From Octopus bimaculoides (lineage: Eukaryota): a stretch of DNA of 64,000 bases. The stretch spans positions 76,369,602 to 76,433,601 of the forward strand of contig NC_068986.1 in the NCBI RefSeq assembly GCF_001194135.2, written 5' to 3'. Under the pieces are notes generated by a model, which saw only the letters and a list, made by a program, of their open reading frames with translations, did no database searches and had not been told where the DNA came from. The first letter of the stretch is position 1; the number at the start of each line of letters is the position of its first letter. Of this stretch, positions 36,080 through 48,621 are shown piece after piece. A program made the position numbers and the translations under genes.

Positions 36080-37792
36080 CATATGTGTAATAGAACCATA
36101 ATAATAGGGAAAAAAGCAATAGTTTTGAGATTCCATTGAGTAATACCTTGAAATTAGGTAACAGGAATTTGCTCCTGGTGGGGAATTTTAATGGCTGCAA
36201 CTGGGAACACCGTCATATACTGAAATGTTGTGCAAGGCTGAAGAAATTGCAAGTTTCCTGAATTTCTGTTTTGTTGCTAAAATGGTAGAATCGAGACTAA
36301 TTTATTTTGGTCTGTTTCAAAAATAAAGAATAAACGGTTATGAATATATTCTAGCCTTGGAGAGGAAACTGCACCCATTATAATTTACAAGTTAGGCTGA
36401 TTTGGGTTGAAAACTATGACAGTAGGAGAAAGAAAGAGGATGTCTTGATGGCAAATACTAAAGTATAATGATCCAGAGATAGCATTAAAAAAATAGATGG
36501 ATTATTGTGGTGGAAAAAGAAACTTGACCGAATTATGGTAGGTGTATCTTGCCTGGACCAAAAGTATCCAGGTTATTTAGCTAAGGGTAAAGAAGGAAGG
36601 TACACAGTTGTATCTTGCATAAAAAGAAACAGATAGGTATAACAATGCTCTTGTGGATATGAAAACACAAAAGTGTGAAGATGAACAAGATCATTGGCAA
36701 TAAGTGTGTCTTTAATGATCCCTATATAATAATAGCTGATATAAACGTTGGTTGATTCTTCAGTCATGTTTTACATTGTATAGAGAGAGTTAACATAAAG
36801 GGTGCAGGATGAGTGCACATACTAGGCTTTGTGGCAGACAATGAGTAAAATGCTACTCTCACACCCACTGAGAGAGAAAAAAATCATAGAGATAGAGAAA
36901 GAGGAGGAGATATACAAACAAGAAATTTCATTTAAGATAATAAATATTTTACTGTTGAAAATTAGTTTTTATTTCATTATTTTTTTATAAGCACCAATAA
37001 ATTTAATAAAAGTTACATTATACTTTATGTATATCATATTTCTGATATTACTCATGGTGGCAAAAGCATATTTACTATCATATGACTGGTAACACTCTAG
37101 TATTGTATAATGCTAGGTGGAAGTGTTGGACAAAGATATTCAATGATGTCTAGAGAATATTATCCAGTTTCAGCTATATGATGGAACTCAGTAGCAGATA
37201 CCTCATAGGAGACATTATATGAAGTAATTAAGGTTTTTATATCAAATCAAGTAAGATGTCTTGGAATCTGGAATTGTTATTTGTGGGTCTAGGAAACATT
37301 TTGAAAGGCCGAAAATAGTTTTAGCACAATTGGCAAAAACATTATGACGGGATTGTAACAAAAACATTTGTGTTGTGACTGCCATCAATAAACACGAAGA
37401 CAGGGAAAGCTGCAAGAGCTTGTTATTGCAATACAAATAAATACACAACACTGAAATGGTACAAGGATGTGTTATTTGAAAGTTGTTAATTAGGTGAATA
37501 GAGTAAGGAAATTATAGGCATCTCAAATTAATGAAGATACAGAATACAGTTAATTAGATGTGATTGAAATATATAGTAGGTCATGGTACTATAAATAAGT
37601 AGATTTCTGATAAGACAACTTCTAAAAGTAATATTTAACAAGCCTAAATGACTCCAGCTTACTGTTACTGAAGGACTTTTGATAGGAATCCATTTTTTTT
37701 TTCATGTGGTTCATAGTGAATTGAAGCTATTTATATTAAATGACTAAAATCAGATTTAGGATAAAAAGCAAAAGCACTTCAAATTAGGTTCA

Positions 37793-38208
37793 TGCTTTTT
37801 ACATGCCACTGGCTCCCGTGCCAGTGGCATGTAAAAAGCACTATCCGAATGTGGCTGATGCCAGTACCCCTTGACTGGCCCCATGCCGGTGGTATGTAAA
37901 AAGTACAATCCAAACGTGGCTGATGCCAGTACCCCCTGACTGGCTCCCGTGCCAGTGGCATGTAAAAAGCACTATTCAAACATGATCGATGCCAGGCCCA
38001 CTAGACTGGCTCCTGTGCTGGTGGCACATAAAAAACACCCACTACACTCTTGGAATGGTTGGTCTTAGGAAGGTCATCCAGCTGTAGAAATATTGCCATA
38101 TCAGATTGGATCCTGGTGCAGCCACTGGTTCTCCAGACCTCAGTGAAACCGTCCAATCCATGCCAGCATGGAAAATGGATGTTAAACGATGATGATGATG
38201 ATGATGAT
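37793..38208 (+). mobile_element. SINE family A with about four internal ~60-65-bp tandem units and a 5' fold-back
   Basis: Repeated unit gactggctcccgtgccagtggcatgtaaaaagcactat...gatgccag, followed by the standard GAT tail. Confidence 0.85.
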
Positions 38209-38631
38209 ATATATATATATACATACACATGCACATAACATTATTGATCCCTTAGCTTTTAACACCAATCACCGACCATACTTATTATTAATAGTAAATA
38301 ATAGCATATTTTCATTAAATAGCTCAATAGTTTATGTCAATAAAAAATTTCTGGTAGCTTTTGTTTCCTATATGTTAATTTTTTTCTCTCCTCTATCCCT
38401 TACCTTTTAAATGATTGCAATGCATGAGCTATAAAGTTTGATCTTATTAAAGAACACACTAATACGTGTCTGTACCACTTTATTCCCTTCTACCACCCAC
38501 CCTTTTCTACTACTGCTTCTATGAAGGATGTACATGTCTCCTTCCCCTCACAACTCATTACCAGCTCTCACTAGTGTATAAGTATGATGTAGTGTGCACT
38601 TGATTACATATGTTTAAGTATAAGGGCACAA

Positions 38632-38681
<50 letters not shown>

Positions 38682-39049
38682 TTGGTAAATATGTGTATTT
38701 TATGTCAAATGTGTGCATATGTGAGTGTGTGTATATGCTCACATGTATATAAAATATAGGTTGAGTGCTTAAGTTCACACATACACTCAATGTTACCAGA
38801 AGCCACTTGTGCCCAGCTAGAAGCATTCACTTTTTCGTTGCCTCTTTCTGCTTCTCTCTTCATCTTTGCAGGTGTTTATCCTTAAATATTTAGTGGGATT
38901 GATGGAATTTATAGTTCATGTTGAGTAATAAGTACTTGTTTCATTGAATATGTGCAAGGACCTACTGCCTGTTTGCAATTGTTTTAAAAAATCATCTTTT
39001 CTCTAGATGCTGAAAAGAGTTATCCAACAATACTCCCACTCTTCCCGTC

Positions 39050-40065
39050 AAGTCTACAACCTCAGAACTGCTACAATGATAGGTAGGTCTACTAAGATTG
39101 TTGAAATGCAACAATAGAGACATGTAGATGTGTCCTATGTGCAAGGGGTAAGGTGGAGGGGAGCCTCAGTCAGACTCTTCATGGGCCAGGAACAAAGTAA
39201 AATATTTTTGTAATGGTAACAGTAATGGTATGGGTTATATATGCATACTCCTGACAGAGAAATGGGCAAATAAAGTCATTGAAGTAGTCAGAGTATTTGA
39301 TAGTATTATCCAAAGCTAATCTTTGATAAGGCAACACAAACATTTTTCTCTGCATATGGTCCACAAGCTGGACTAGCAGATGAACAGAAGGACTGTGTTC
39401 TATGAGGCCCTTTTGCAGGTTAGCTCAATGACAAATAACAATGGCCTTATTATCATTGCTTGTGAATTCAAAGTCATGTTGGGAAGCACTTCAATGGTGT
39501 ACATAGAGGTTCTAGAACTGAGGAAAGAAGAAGGCTGCTGGAGTTCTGTGATGCAGATGATTTGTTGATCTGCAATACTGATTTCACCTGATCACCTATT
39601 ATTCTGGTAATTTCACAGCCATATTGACTACATTCTCACTAGAAATAGGGACAGATAGATGCTTGTGAATGCAAATTCATTCCCTGGTGAAGCAAGTACA
39701 ACCCAACATAAGTTAGTGGTTCAGATTTCAGGCTAGAAGGACTCAGAGACATAAGCCAGTTTGGGAAAGGAAGATACAAAAGATTAAAGATCCATTGAAT
39801 GGTTAGAAATTTAGAAAAGTAGTAATTGAAACATTTGATGAAAAAGAAGAGGAGATAAAGACATATAGCATAAAAGGCAACTGGAATTTCTTATGAGACA
39901 ACCTGCTGAGGGCTACAGACCAAATCTGTGACTGGTGCAAAGTCCCAGCCAGATTGAGGGTGATGTGGTGGTAGAATAGTGACATAGACAGCCATAACAA
40001 TGAAAATTAGGATTGAAAAGACCAGAAAAATGGGAGCAGAAGAGAATTGTATCAGGAAGCTTGGT
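39050..40065 (+). mobile_element. RTE-clade LINE, degenerate 5' fragment (APE endonuclease domain)
   Basis: Translations in shifting frames: GRSTKIVEM, VQGVRWRGAS, SAYGPQAGL, FYEALL, RLLEFCDADDLLICNT, IDYILTR, QHKLVVSDFRL and a WW motif. Confidence 0.85.
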
Positions 40066-40599
40066 ACAATGGTGCAACTCAACCAAATGTAGAAGACACC
40101 ATGCCCAAGGTGTCATACAGTAAGGTTAAACATGGAACCATGTGGATTCAATGCTAACTTCCTAAAAACAAAACTATGTATATGTTTACTTTTGGCTTAT
40201 CAGATTTTTTAAGTTGGCCTTCTTAAACCCAACTAGATATACTCAAAAACTCTAAATGGCATTCAAAACTACTGACAGGTTAAAAACTGTGAACTTTGGT
40301 TTTTCCGTGTCATTGTTATAAAAATATTTATTTTACTTTAATCAAAACTCTTAGGTATCAAATAGGCCAAATTGATAGAGCATCCAACAAACTTCCTTGT
40401 GCTATTTGTTTTGGCTCTTTGCATTTTGAGTTTGAGATCAACATTGCCTTTATCCTTCTAGGTTTGATAAATCAAAGTACTGGTTCAGGTAGAATTGTTA
40501 AAGAGTTGGACAAAATATTTAGTGGGACTAGTACAGGAAAAGAAAAAAAGCAGAGAACAACATTGGAGGTAGGGTGAGAGTAGAAAATTATGACTGGAA

Positions 40600-40812
40600 A
40601 TGATTGTTTCTAATTTGGGCACAAGGCCAGTAATTTTAGTAGGAGGGATTTAGTTGATTAAATCAACTCTAGTACTTGCTTGGTACTTCATTTTATTAAC
40701 TCCCACAAGACTGAAAGACAAAAGTGAGCTCAGAAGGAATTGAACCCAGAAAGTAAAGACTTAGAAGAAACACAGATATTTTGTCTGATGTTCTGAGTCT
40801 GCCAGCTTGCTG
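40600..40812 (-). mobile_element. SINE family B copy
   Basis: ggcacaaggccag...ggtacttcattttatt...gaattgaacccagaaag...gccagcttgctgc. Other copies at ~34440-34600 and ~61165-61351. Confidence 0.75.
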
Positions 40813-40973
40813 CTTTATTAAACTAGAAATAATGAACGAAAGATTCCTTTTAACACTACCATTACCAGTCAACTGTATTTGACTGACAAAAGTCACAGGC
40901 CATGACCTCCACCCACCTCTGATTAATCCATTAAAGAAAAATTATCATTGTCATCATCATTATTACAATCATA

Positions 40974-41908
40974 TAAGATGCATTCCAAAAGTTTGGAAGC
41001 TTTTTGGGGAGAAGCAGTTATAACTGTCCTAGATTATGGTAATTTTAATACATCATTACTAGACATCTAATAAACTGACCTGCCAACTTTTGTTATTTCA
41101 GGTAGAAGGAGATGGCTGTAACCACACTTTAAATACATCTTGCTAAACAGTGTTTGTCACAGCTGACTAGTTTGTAGAATGCAGTTGAGATGTGATGACC
41201 ATTTGGAAGCTTGTTGTGCAATAAAATTTTTGTGTTAATCTGGGCAAAAATGCTTTAGAAGCTTATGAAATTCTCCAGACTGAATTTGAACTAAACTGCA
41301 TGAGTCATTTTCTGCTGGCACAAGAAACCAGATAAAGCAAATCCCCTGGGAAGCTTATGATGATCCCTTTTTTCGACAGCAAGGGTGTCATCTACATCCA
41401 CTGGCCAGATGGTCAACAAAGAGAAGTTTGTGGAGGAAGTGGTTTTGCAGTAAAAGGCCAGAGCACCTGCACCAGTCCACAATTTCATCTTGGAGCCTGG
41501 TGTTGCCATCCGGTTTCACCAGTCCTCAGTCAAATCGTCCAACCCATGCTAGCATGGAAAGCGGACGTTAAACGATGATGATGATGATGATGATGTAACC
41601 AACTACATGACAAAACTGTCCCTCGCCTTCCATACAGTCCAGACCCTGCTTCCTATAATTTTTGGTTGTTTCCCAAGCTGAGGGAGAACTTGAAGGTGAG
41701 TCATTTTGAAGACAGTGAGAAGATGAAGGATGCTGTGACAAGAGTCCTGGGTACCTTCCCTTTGAAGGATTTCCATGGAATTGGAGTGCTACAAAAAATG
41801 CATTGAAGTCAGAGCATCCTGCTTCGAAGGACATTAGAGTTTTGTACTTTTTTGAAATTAATAAATGTCTCTCGTGAAAAAGTCTCAAATCTTCTGGAAT
41901 GCCACTTG
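40974..41908 (+). mobile_element. Internally deleted mariner element carrying a nested SINE fragment
   Basis: Degenerate TIRs (ta|taagatgcattccaaaag and cttctggaatgccacttg|ta). Remnants IKFCVNLGKNALEAYEILQ, MMIPFFDSKGVIYIHW and KKCIEVRASCFEG. Confidence 0.8.
41490..41595 (+). mobile_element. 5'-truncated SINE family A 3' end nested in the mariner
   Basis: Nearly identical to 6060-6160. It interrupts the transposase remnant. Confidence 0.85.
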
Positions 41909-42417
41909 TAATTATTTTTGCTTTTAGTCATTGGGCTGTAACCATTCTGGGGTACCAACTTCTAAGGATTTAGTCCATCATGTCAACCCCAGTACTTCTT
42001 TGTAGACTAGTTTTAACTGAGTTTTGTACAAGAGTAGAAAGAAAAACGTACAAATGTTTTAATATCAAATGCAACATTTTACTTTCATTATATATAACAA
42101 TCCAAGCCAGGGAACATTGAAATGGGATGCAGTATGGTCGATCTGAACTATTTTGGCAAATGAACTTATTGAATAAGTAATGAATATCACTAGATGCTGA
42201 GTAGATGAACAGAGAACAAACTGTCAATGGCTAGGATCAACCAGTCCAGTTAGCAAACTATTGCTATCGTCTGTAGTCGTGGCATATGCCGATGAGATAT
42301 TTCAGCTAGTGAAAGACCAATGTGATTAAAACTCCAGCTATGCATTCATGCTGCATCATTTGACTGAGATATCAAGTATGGAAAAGTTGCATTGGTCCAG
42401 GCAAGCCACCCGACCAT

Positions 42418-42455
<38 letters not shown>

Positions 42456-44354
42456 TTTATGTCCTCAGAGAAAGGCACTACAGGTAAGTGAAGTACATGG
42501 TGAACTTGTAGAATAATTAAGAAGTAGGTCAAAATGCCTTGTGGTATTGATTGCTTTGGTTTTTTGTACTCTGAGTTCAAAACTACCTGAAGCTAATTTT
42601 ACTTAAGGGATGAATTGATAAAATTGTTAGAGTATCCAATGAAATACTTCCTAGTATTCGTCCTAGGTTTTTGTGTTTCAAGCTCTTTGATGGTAAATTT
42701 AATTCATTGCATGGTTTCATACCATCATTTGATCCTTGGCTTCTTTTATTGAAGTTTATTCTATCACAGTAATTTGGGCCAGGTTTCTGGTTTTAGGATA
42801 ACTTCCTCCCTTCCACCCACAAGTACAGACAACAAAAAGAAAAGAAAAAGGATCATGGACACTGCCCTTTGCTCACCTTATCCTCAATGTGGGAAGTATT
42901 CCAGTGTAGTGGCGCCAAATTATAGCCACCATTGAGGAAGTACTATCTGCACATGCGCAAGGGACTTGCCTTTCTGGAAACCCCTCAAGTGCGCATGCGT
43001 AGTAAAACTAGTACTTAAAGAGTTTGTTTCACTTTCTAAGCCTCTTGAGCGCGATACCTTCGATGTGACAACACCTTGCTCCTCAACGAAGCACTCCTCA
43101 CCACGATGCCATCGATGTGATAGCTACTTGCTCCTCTGGCATGCATCAAGGAAGCTCTTAACCTTCCAATACCAAATTACAACTTAATCAGCGGCTGCGA
43201 AGCTGAATGACACGGGATTTGTAAAACCAAGCATCATCGAAAAAAATAAAACTTATTTTTATTATGTTGTTAATTGTTCTACTGTTACTTCATACATAAT
43301 TATGTTGAAAGGTGATAAAGAGAGACTAATGTCTCTATTGCAACTATCAACCTTTTACACCAGTATAAAAAAAAAAAAAAACTCTGATCATTCATGAGGC
43401 TTGTGGCTGTTTAGAGATGAAGTGTTTTGTAACCTAGAAAAGCAAACCAATTTCAGGGATCAAGGATGAGGATTTTCTTACTGAATTCAGCAGAATAAAG
43501 TGAGTGGATGGTAGTAACTACCATGCAGTAAAAAAGGGTTAAGTGAACAGAAAATAGATCTTCAACAGGTTACTGTTTGAAGAAGTAAAAGTAACTCTTC
43601 GTCAGGTATAGCATACAACTGTCCACTGATGATGTCCTCAGTGGATGAACAAATGCAACAATGAGTAGGTGGTTAGCCGTAAAAAATACACACAAAGGTA
43701 AGCTGCCTCAGCTTTGTTGTCAATTGGAATTAGGCTAGGGTGGAGATAGTAAGGCCTTGCATTTGTAATAGTGTTATAGTTTGAGTTGTGTAATGAGTAA
43801 TTAAGATGTAATGTTGTTGTTATGTTGTGACTGTTGGTTAGCTGAAGGCCAGCTCTGATCTAGTAGACTTATTTTCAATGATGTTTTAGCCATCACTGGC
43901 TGGCTGCCTTTCATTCACATATAGTGTATCTAGGACTATATTATTTAATGTGTTCTACATGATTTTCACAACGTTCATGTAGAATGCCCTTTGATGGGTC
44001 AAGAGGAAAGGAAGAAAGTAAATTCAAAGGGAAGACCTACAACCTTTATCCTATGCGTTATCCTAACAACCACATGATTGTAAAACAAACTTCTCATCCA
44101 CACAGCCATGCCTACAACCATTTCAGTAATAAAAATACTTCTACTACAAGTAATAATGATATATTGTAAATTCTTCTTATTATACTTCTCTACATTTTAA
44201 TTTATTTTCTATTTATTTTTCTTCAGATTTTAAATCATAGATTTTATTGAGTAAAACAGGAATTCGGTAAGGAATTTTGTTTAGTAAACATAAATTATAC
44301 AAACTATATCTGAATTTTAGATATTTACATGAAAGAGTCAATATTAAAACTACT

Positions 44355-44575
44355 GTCATGATGGTGGTATTGATGAAGATAATGATGGTGGTGATGGTGG
44401 TGATGATGATGCTGACAATGATGAGAACGACAACGATAAGGTAAGTGATGATGATGATGATGATGATGATGACAATGACAATAATATAATGGTGATAGTA
44501 GTAGTGCTGGTGGAGTTGATGGCGATGATGATGATTATGATGATGATGATCATCATGAAGATTATAGCATTTAAG
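44355..44575. repeat. Compound (GAT/GGT)n trinucleotide repeat
   Basis: Seen directly. Confidence 0.9.
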
Positions 44576-45376
44576 CCTATTCTCAAAAGAAATAGTCTAG
44601 AAAGAATTGCTTCATATATTAAAATACACCTAGTATTTTTTTTTTTTTAAAGACGGTACTTAAAATAATTGAAAAGATTGGTTGCTCCCACCACACACTT
44701 TCCAGATTAAAGTATATAAAAGATAAATTATTGGATTTGTTTTTTCTTTTTTAAATGAAAGAGCGGGTAGAAAATTGCTAGAAATGGTATTTAAAAAAAA
44801 ATAATATGATGTACACAGAAGGTAGGTAATAAACATATACTGTACTGAAAATATAATGCTAAAGTTGTTGACATTTTCTGTTTCTGTTTTGTAGATATAA
44901 CTGACATTCTGTGTGATCTTGTCATGAAATCAAAACAGGGTGAATGTCCTTGAAACCTTATGACATAGTGAAGGGCAAAATCTAATGCCTGTGAGGGTAG
45001 CATCAGTATATTATGTATATTGCAATTAATATAGGAGCATCCCTATGATAGTTAAAAGCTATGATAATTAACCTTATTAATTAATGTTACAGATTATGTT
45101 GCTTGTTTTTTTTGTTTTGTTTTTTTTCTCTCCTCATTAGTCATTAATATCGGTTTTAAAATAATTATGAAATAAAAAAAAAAGTGTTACCTATAAATAA
45201 AATTTTCAGGCTGCATGGCTGTATGGATAGGCACAGGCATAGGTGTGTAGTAAGAAGTTTGCTTTCCATGTGCATGGTTTTGGGTTCAGTTCCACTGCAT
45301 GGTGACTTGGGCAAGTGTTTTATAATAAAGCCCCAGGCTAATCAAAATCTTTGGAAAACAGACACTGAAAGAAGCT

Positions 45377-45650
45377 CATCATCATCATCATCATCATTAT
45401 TGTTTAACATCCGTTTTCCATGCTGGGCATGGGTTGGACGGTCTGAGAAGAGTTGGTCAGCTGTCCAGACTCCAATTGTCTGTTTTGGTATGGTTTCTAC
45501 AGCTGGATGTCCTTCCTAATGCCAACCACTTTACAGAGTGTGCTGGGTACTTTTTATGTGCCACCAGCATGAGTGTACTTATGCAGTGCCGGCACAAGTG
45601 CATTTTATGTGGCACTGGCATGAATACATTTTACATGGCACTGGCATGAG
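45377..45650 (-). mobile_element. SINE family A copy
   Basis: (CAT)n tail, then aacatccgttttccatgctgg...cagctggatgtccttcctaatgccaaccactttacagagtgtgctgggtac. Confidence 0.85.
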
Positions 45651-45924
45651 TGGTGTGTGTGTATTTATCTCCTTGTATCTTAATGGATCAGAAAAAGAGA
45701 CTGATAGAATAAATACCAGACTTTAAAATAAATAGATACTGAGGCCAATTCATTCAATTAAAACCCTTTATTTTAAAGTCTGGTACTTATTCTATCAGTT
45801 TCTTTTTCTGATCCATTAAGATACAAGGAGAAAAACACACACACACATACACACCACTCATGCCAGTGCAGTGTAAAATGCATTCATGCCGGTGCCACAT
45901 AAAATACACGTGCCGGTACTGCAT
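45581..45924. repeat. Long inverted repeat: arms 45581-45732 and 45767-45924, 34-nt spacer
   Basis: The arms are reverse complements over ~150 bp, with a few substitutions and a microsatellite indel. Confidence 0.95.
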
Positions 45925-45938
45925 ATGCTTTTAAATAA

Positions 45939-45976
<38 letters not shown>

Positions 45977-47834
45977 CAGATCCACAATGAGCAGAACTTA
46001 CCTGTAGGTATTGGTAGTACAAATCAGAGGTGCAATCTGTGTGGGTGTTTTTTCAGAACATTGTCTGGTTTAAAAAGCCACATCACACGCCATGAAAGGG
46101 CTAAGGTGTAGGTGCAGGAGGTGGTCAAACTCTGTGTAAGGAGTAGACAACCACTATATATATATTTTTTTTTTTATAAACTTGTGTGTGTGTTTGTATA
46201 TAAAAATTATTTTACATTAAGTAGCATTGGAAGCAGGGATCAAGAGGTCTCTTTAGACTTGTTGAGACTATGACAACCACTTTAGTGTTCATGCCATAAT
46301 AAACATGTACCCAGTAGACTCTTCAAAATGGCTGAACACAAAAAAAAAGCATCCAGTTATAGAAACTTCGTCAAAAATTAAATATAAGAATGAGATTTAT
46401 ATTGATCCTTCTAAGAGAGCAGTAATTTTGAATCGAAACGAACTTGCACTAATAATTCCTCATAACAGGACAATCCATTCGGATAATCTGGAGGAAAACC
46501 TCCACAAAAAACCCGGATTACGCAGCTATGCTCAAAGCATAAAAAAATGCCCTCTCTTCTTTCTATAAACACAAAGACGGTAGTATCTCCCTGTCTACTC
46601 TCACCTTCCTTTTCAAATGATACTTGACGAAATTGATGAAAACAGCCAGTTTGGAAAATGCCAATCTTCAAACCTCTCAGACGAGTTCACAAGTTTCTTC
46701 TGCCACAGCCACCAAGCAAAGTACTAATCTCCTTTCCCTTCTAAAAGAAGGTGGCTGGCCAATCTTCCTTACAGACTTGCTAAATAGCCAGATTCGTCCT
46801 ACGTCACTAATTGTTCGATGCAAGCCGACAGATTGCTAATGTGGACACTGAAAGATGTCTCGAACAACTGAATCCCGACTGTAGCACTGTTATGCCAAGG
46901 ACTTTTGAAAATTGTCTATCATCTCCGACCTGAAAGTTCTCCAAAAGAGGCGACTCGGACTGTTCTTGTCGATGCCTTGATTAAATCCTATGCTATCATC
47001 GCTCATATTCTCAAGTAGCTATCTACAGAAATCTAGAGTTGTTTACAGTCGTATCCAGCTGGTATACAGCGCGAGTGCCTGACAATATTCTAGAGGCCAA
47101 AAGCCCAACCCCGGTCTCCGCTTGACATATGATCGCAGCTTGGTAAAGATGAGCTGCAGAAAAGACATGTCGCACGAAATAGTAATCATAAGAGTGGCAA
47201 TGAGACAGAATCGTTAGGGTATCGGAGAAGATATATTGCAGAGTTTGTTCCGGCTTCTTAAACTCTTAGTTCAAATCCCTCCAAAATCAACTATGCCTTT
47301 CGTTCTTCTCTGGATCAATAAAATAAAGTGCTAAAGTAGTGACTTGCCTTATCCCTAATCATTTCTGGCCAAGCTGGCACAGTCGTTAGAGCGTCGGAAA
47401 ATGCTGCCTCTGAGGCCAACATTGCTTTTGGCAGTTCTTGCGTACCAGTCAAGTACAGAGGTCATGGACATTTGAGGGAGGGGTTGATATTGACTACACG
47501 TCCTCCTTCAGTATAAGTGTTTGCGCCTATATTAGAAACGATTGTTTTTTTATCTTTTGTAAAAAGCCGGAAGTCAAGATATGGAAACACAACAAACATG
47601 TTTTAGTTTTAAACTAATATAGTTTTATATTTCACTTTTTTTGCTTTCAATTAAAACAGCGTTTTCACATCTCAGTTTCTGTGAGAACATTCATCCCTGA
47701 TTCATCAGTATATACCTATATGTGTATGCGTTAACAAAACACCAGCTTATTGGGCCACAAGTCCAACGCCATCCTGGAGTTAGATGTTTGTACGTGTGTG
47801 TTTGACATATATACAGGCAGAAGTATATATCTGT

Positions 47835-47871
<37 letters not shown>

Positions 47872-48518
47872 TTAAGCAGGGGAAGTAACCGTACTTTGCA
47901 CGTTTCACAAGCGTTTTATTTGTTTTCAGTTTCTCTTCTGTTTCTCTTTATTCCTCTCTCTTTCTCCCTCTCTTTTTTCCTTTCCGTCTCATCCTCTCTT
48001 ATTTCTTTCTTTCAATTTTATCCTTCACACTTTTCTCTCTCTTCACTTTCCTAATCTTTTTTCATCTCGTAATATTTCGAATTTCGTTTTTGTCTCCCTA
48101 GACACAACATTTCGAATTTTTTTCCGATAAATTTTTCATCGTTTAATCATTTCATTCCTTTTCCCGTTTCTGTTTTCGCATGATTCTTTCTACTTGTTTT
48201 AAATTCATTTGATTTCGTAGTTCCAAATCATTGTCACTAAAAGGTGAAGGTACTTCACCTTTCCCATGGTCAAACATTCTCTACCAACCATATAAATTGG
48301 CGTTTTTAACCGCTCATTCTTCTCTGCCTCTACCTGTCTATTTATCTCTCTATCTCTCGCCTAATCTACCTTCACACATCTATTCTTCCTGTCTGTCTCT
48401 CCTCTCTTAATCTACCCTCACATTCTCTCTTTCATACTCTCACTCTCTCTTGTCCCATTCATCTACCCTCACTCTCCCTCTCTAACTCTCACCCTCCCGT
48501 ACTCTCTCTCTCTCTAAG

Positions 48519-48523
48519 TCAGT
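48519..48523 (+). promoter_or_regulatory. Candidate Initiator (TCAGT) / transcription start, after a CT-rich tract
   Basis: TCAGT lies 34 nt upstream of the ATG at 48555, preceded by ~600 bp of CT-rich sequence, in a CpG-retaining region. Confidence 0.4.
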
Positions 48524-48554
48524 AGATCTCGATGCGTGAGTGAGGAGTGAGAGT

Positions 48555-48621
48555 ATGAGTCTGAAGCCAACAGACATGGACCTTCCAATTGATGAAATAG
48601 TACTCTACAGAGATGAACACG
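48555..48621 (+). CDS. Candidate first coding exon of a PDZ-domain protein (SYNJ2BP/OMP25-like), ends phase 1
   Basis: ATG...CAC G|gtaagg. MSLKPTDMDLPIDEIVLYRDEH(G) is in register with the start of a PDZ domain (human SYNJ2BP EEINLTRGPSG-LGF, from memory). Exon 2 was not found in the window. Confidence 0.55.

Noticed and set aside
37793-38040. Regularly spaced repeats resembling a CRISPR array
   Set aside because: These are contiguous internal tandem units of a eukaryotic SINE with no unique spacers.
43570-43650. CTGACGA on the minus strand plus a small tccactga/tcagtgga hairpin
   Set aside because: No GAAA at the right position and no stem I, so not a hammerhead.
44356-44586. Ile/Ser-rich ORF
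   Set aside because: Translation of a trinucleotide microsatellite.
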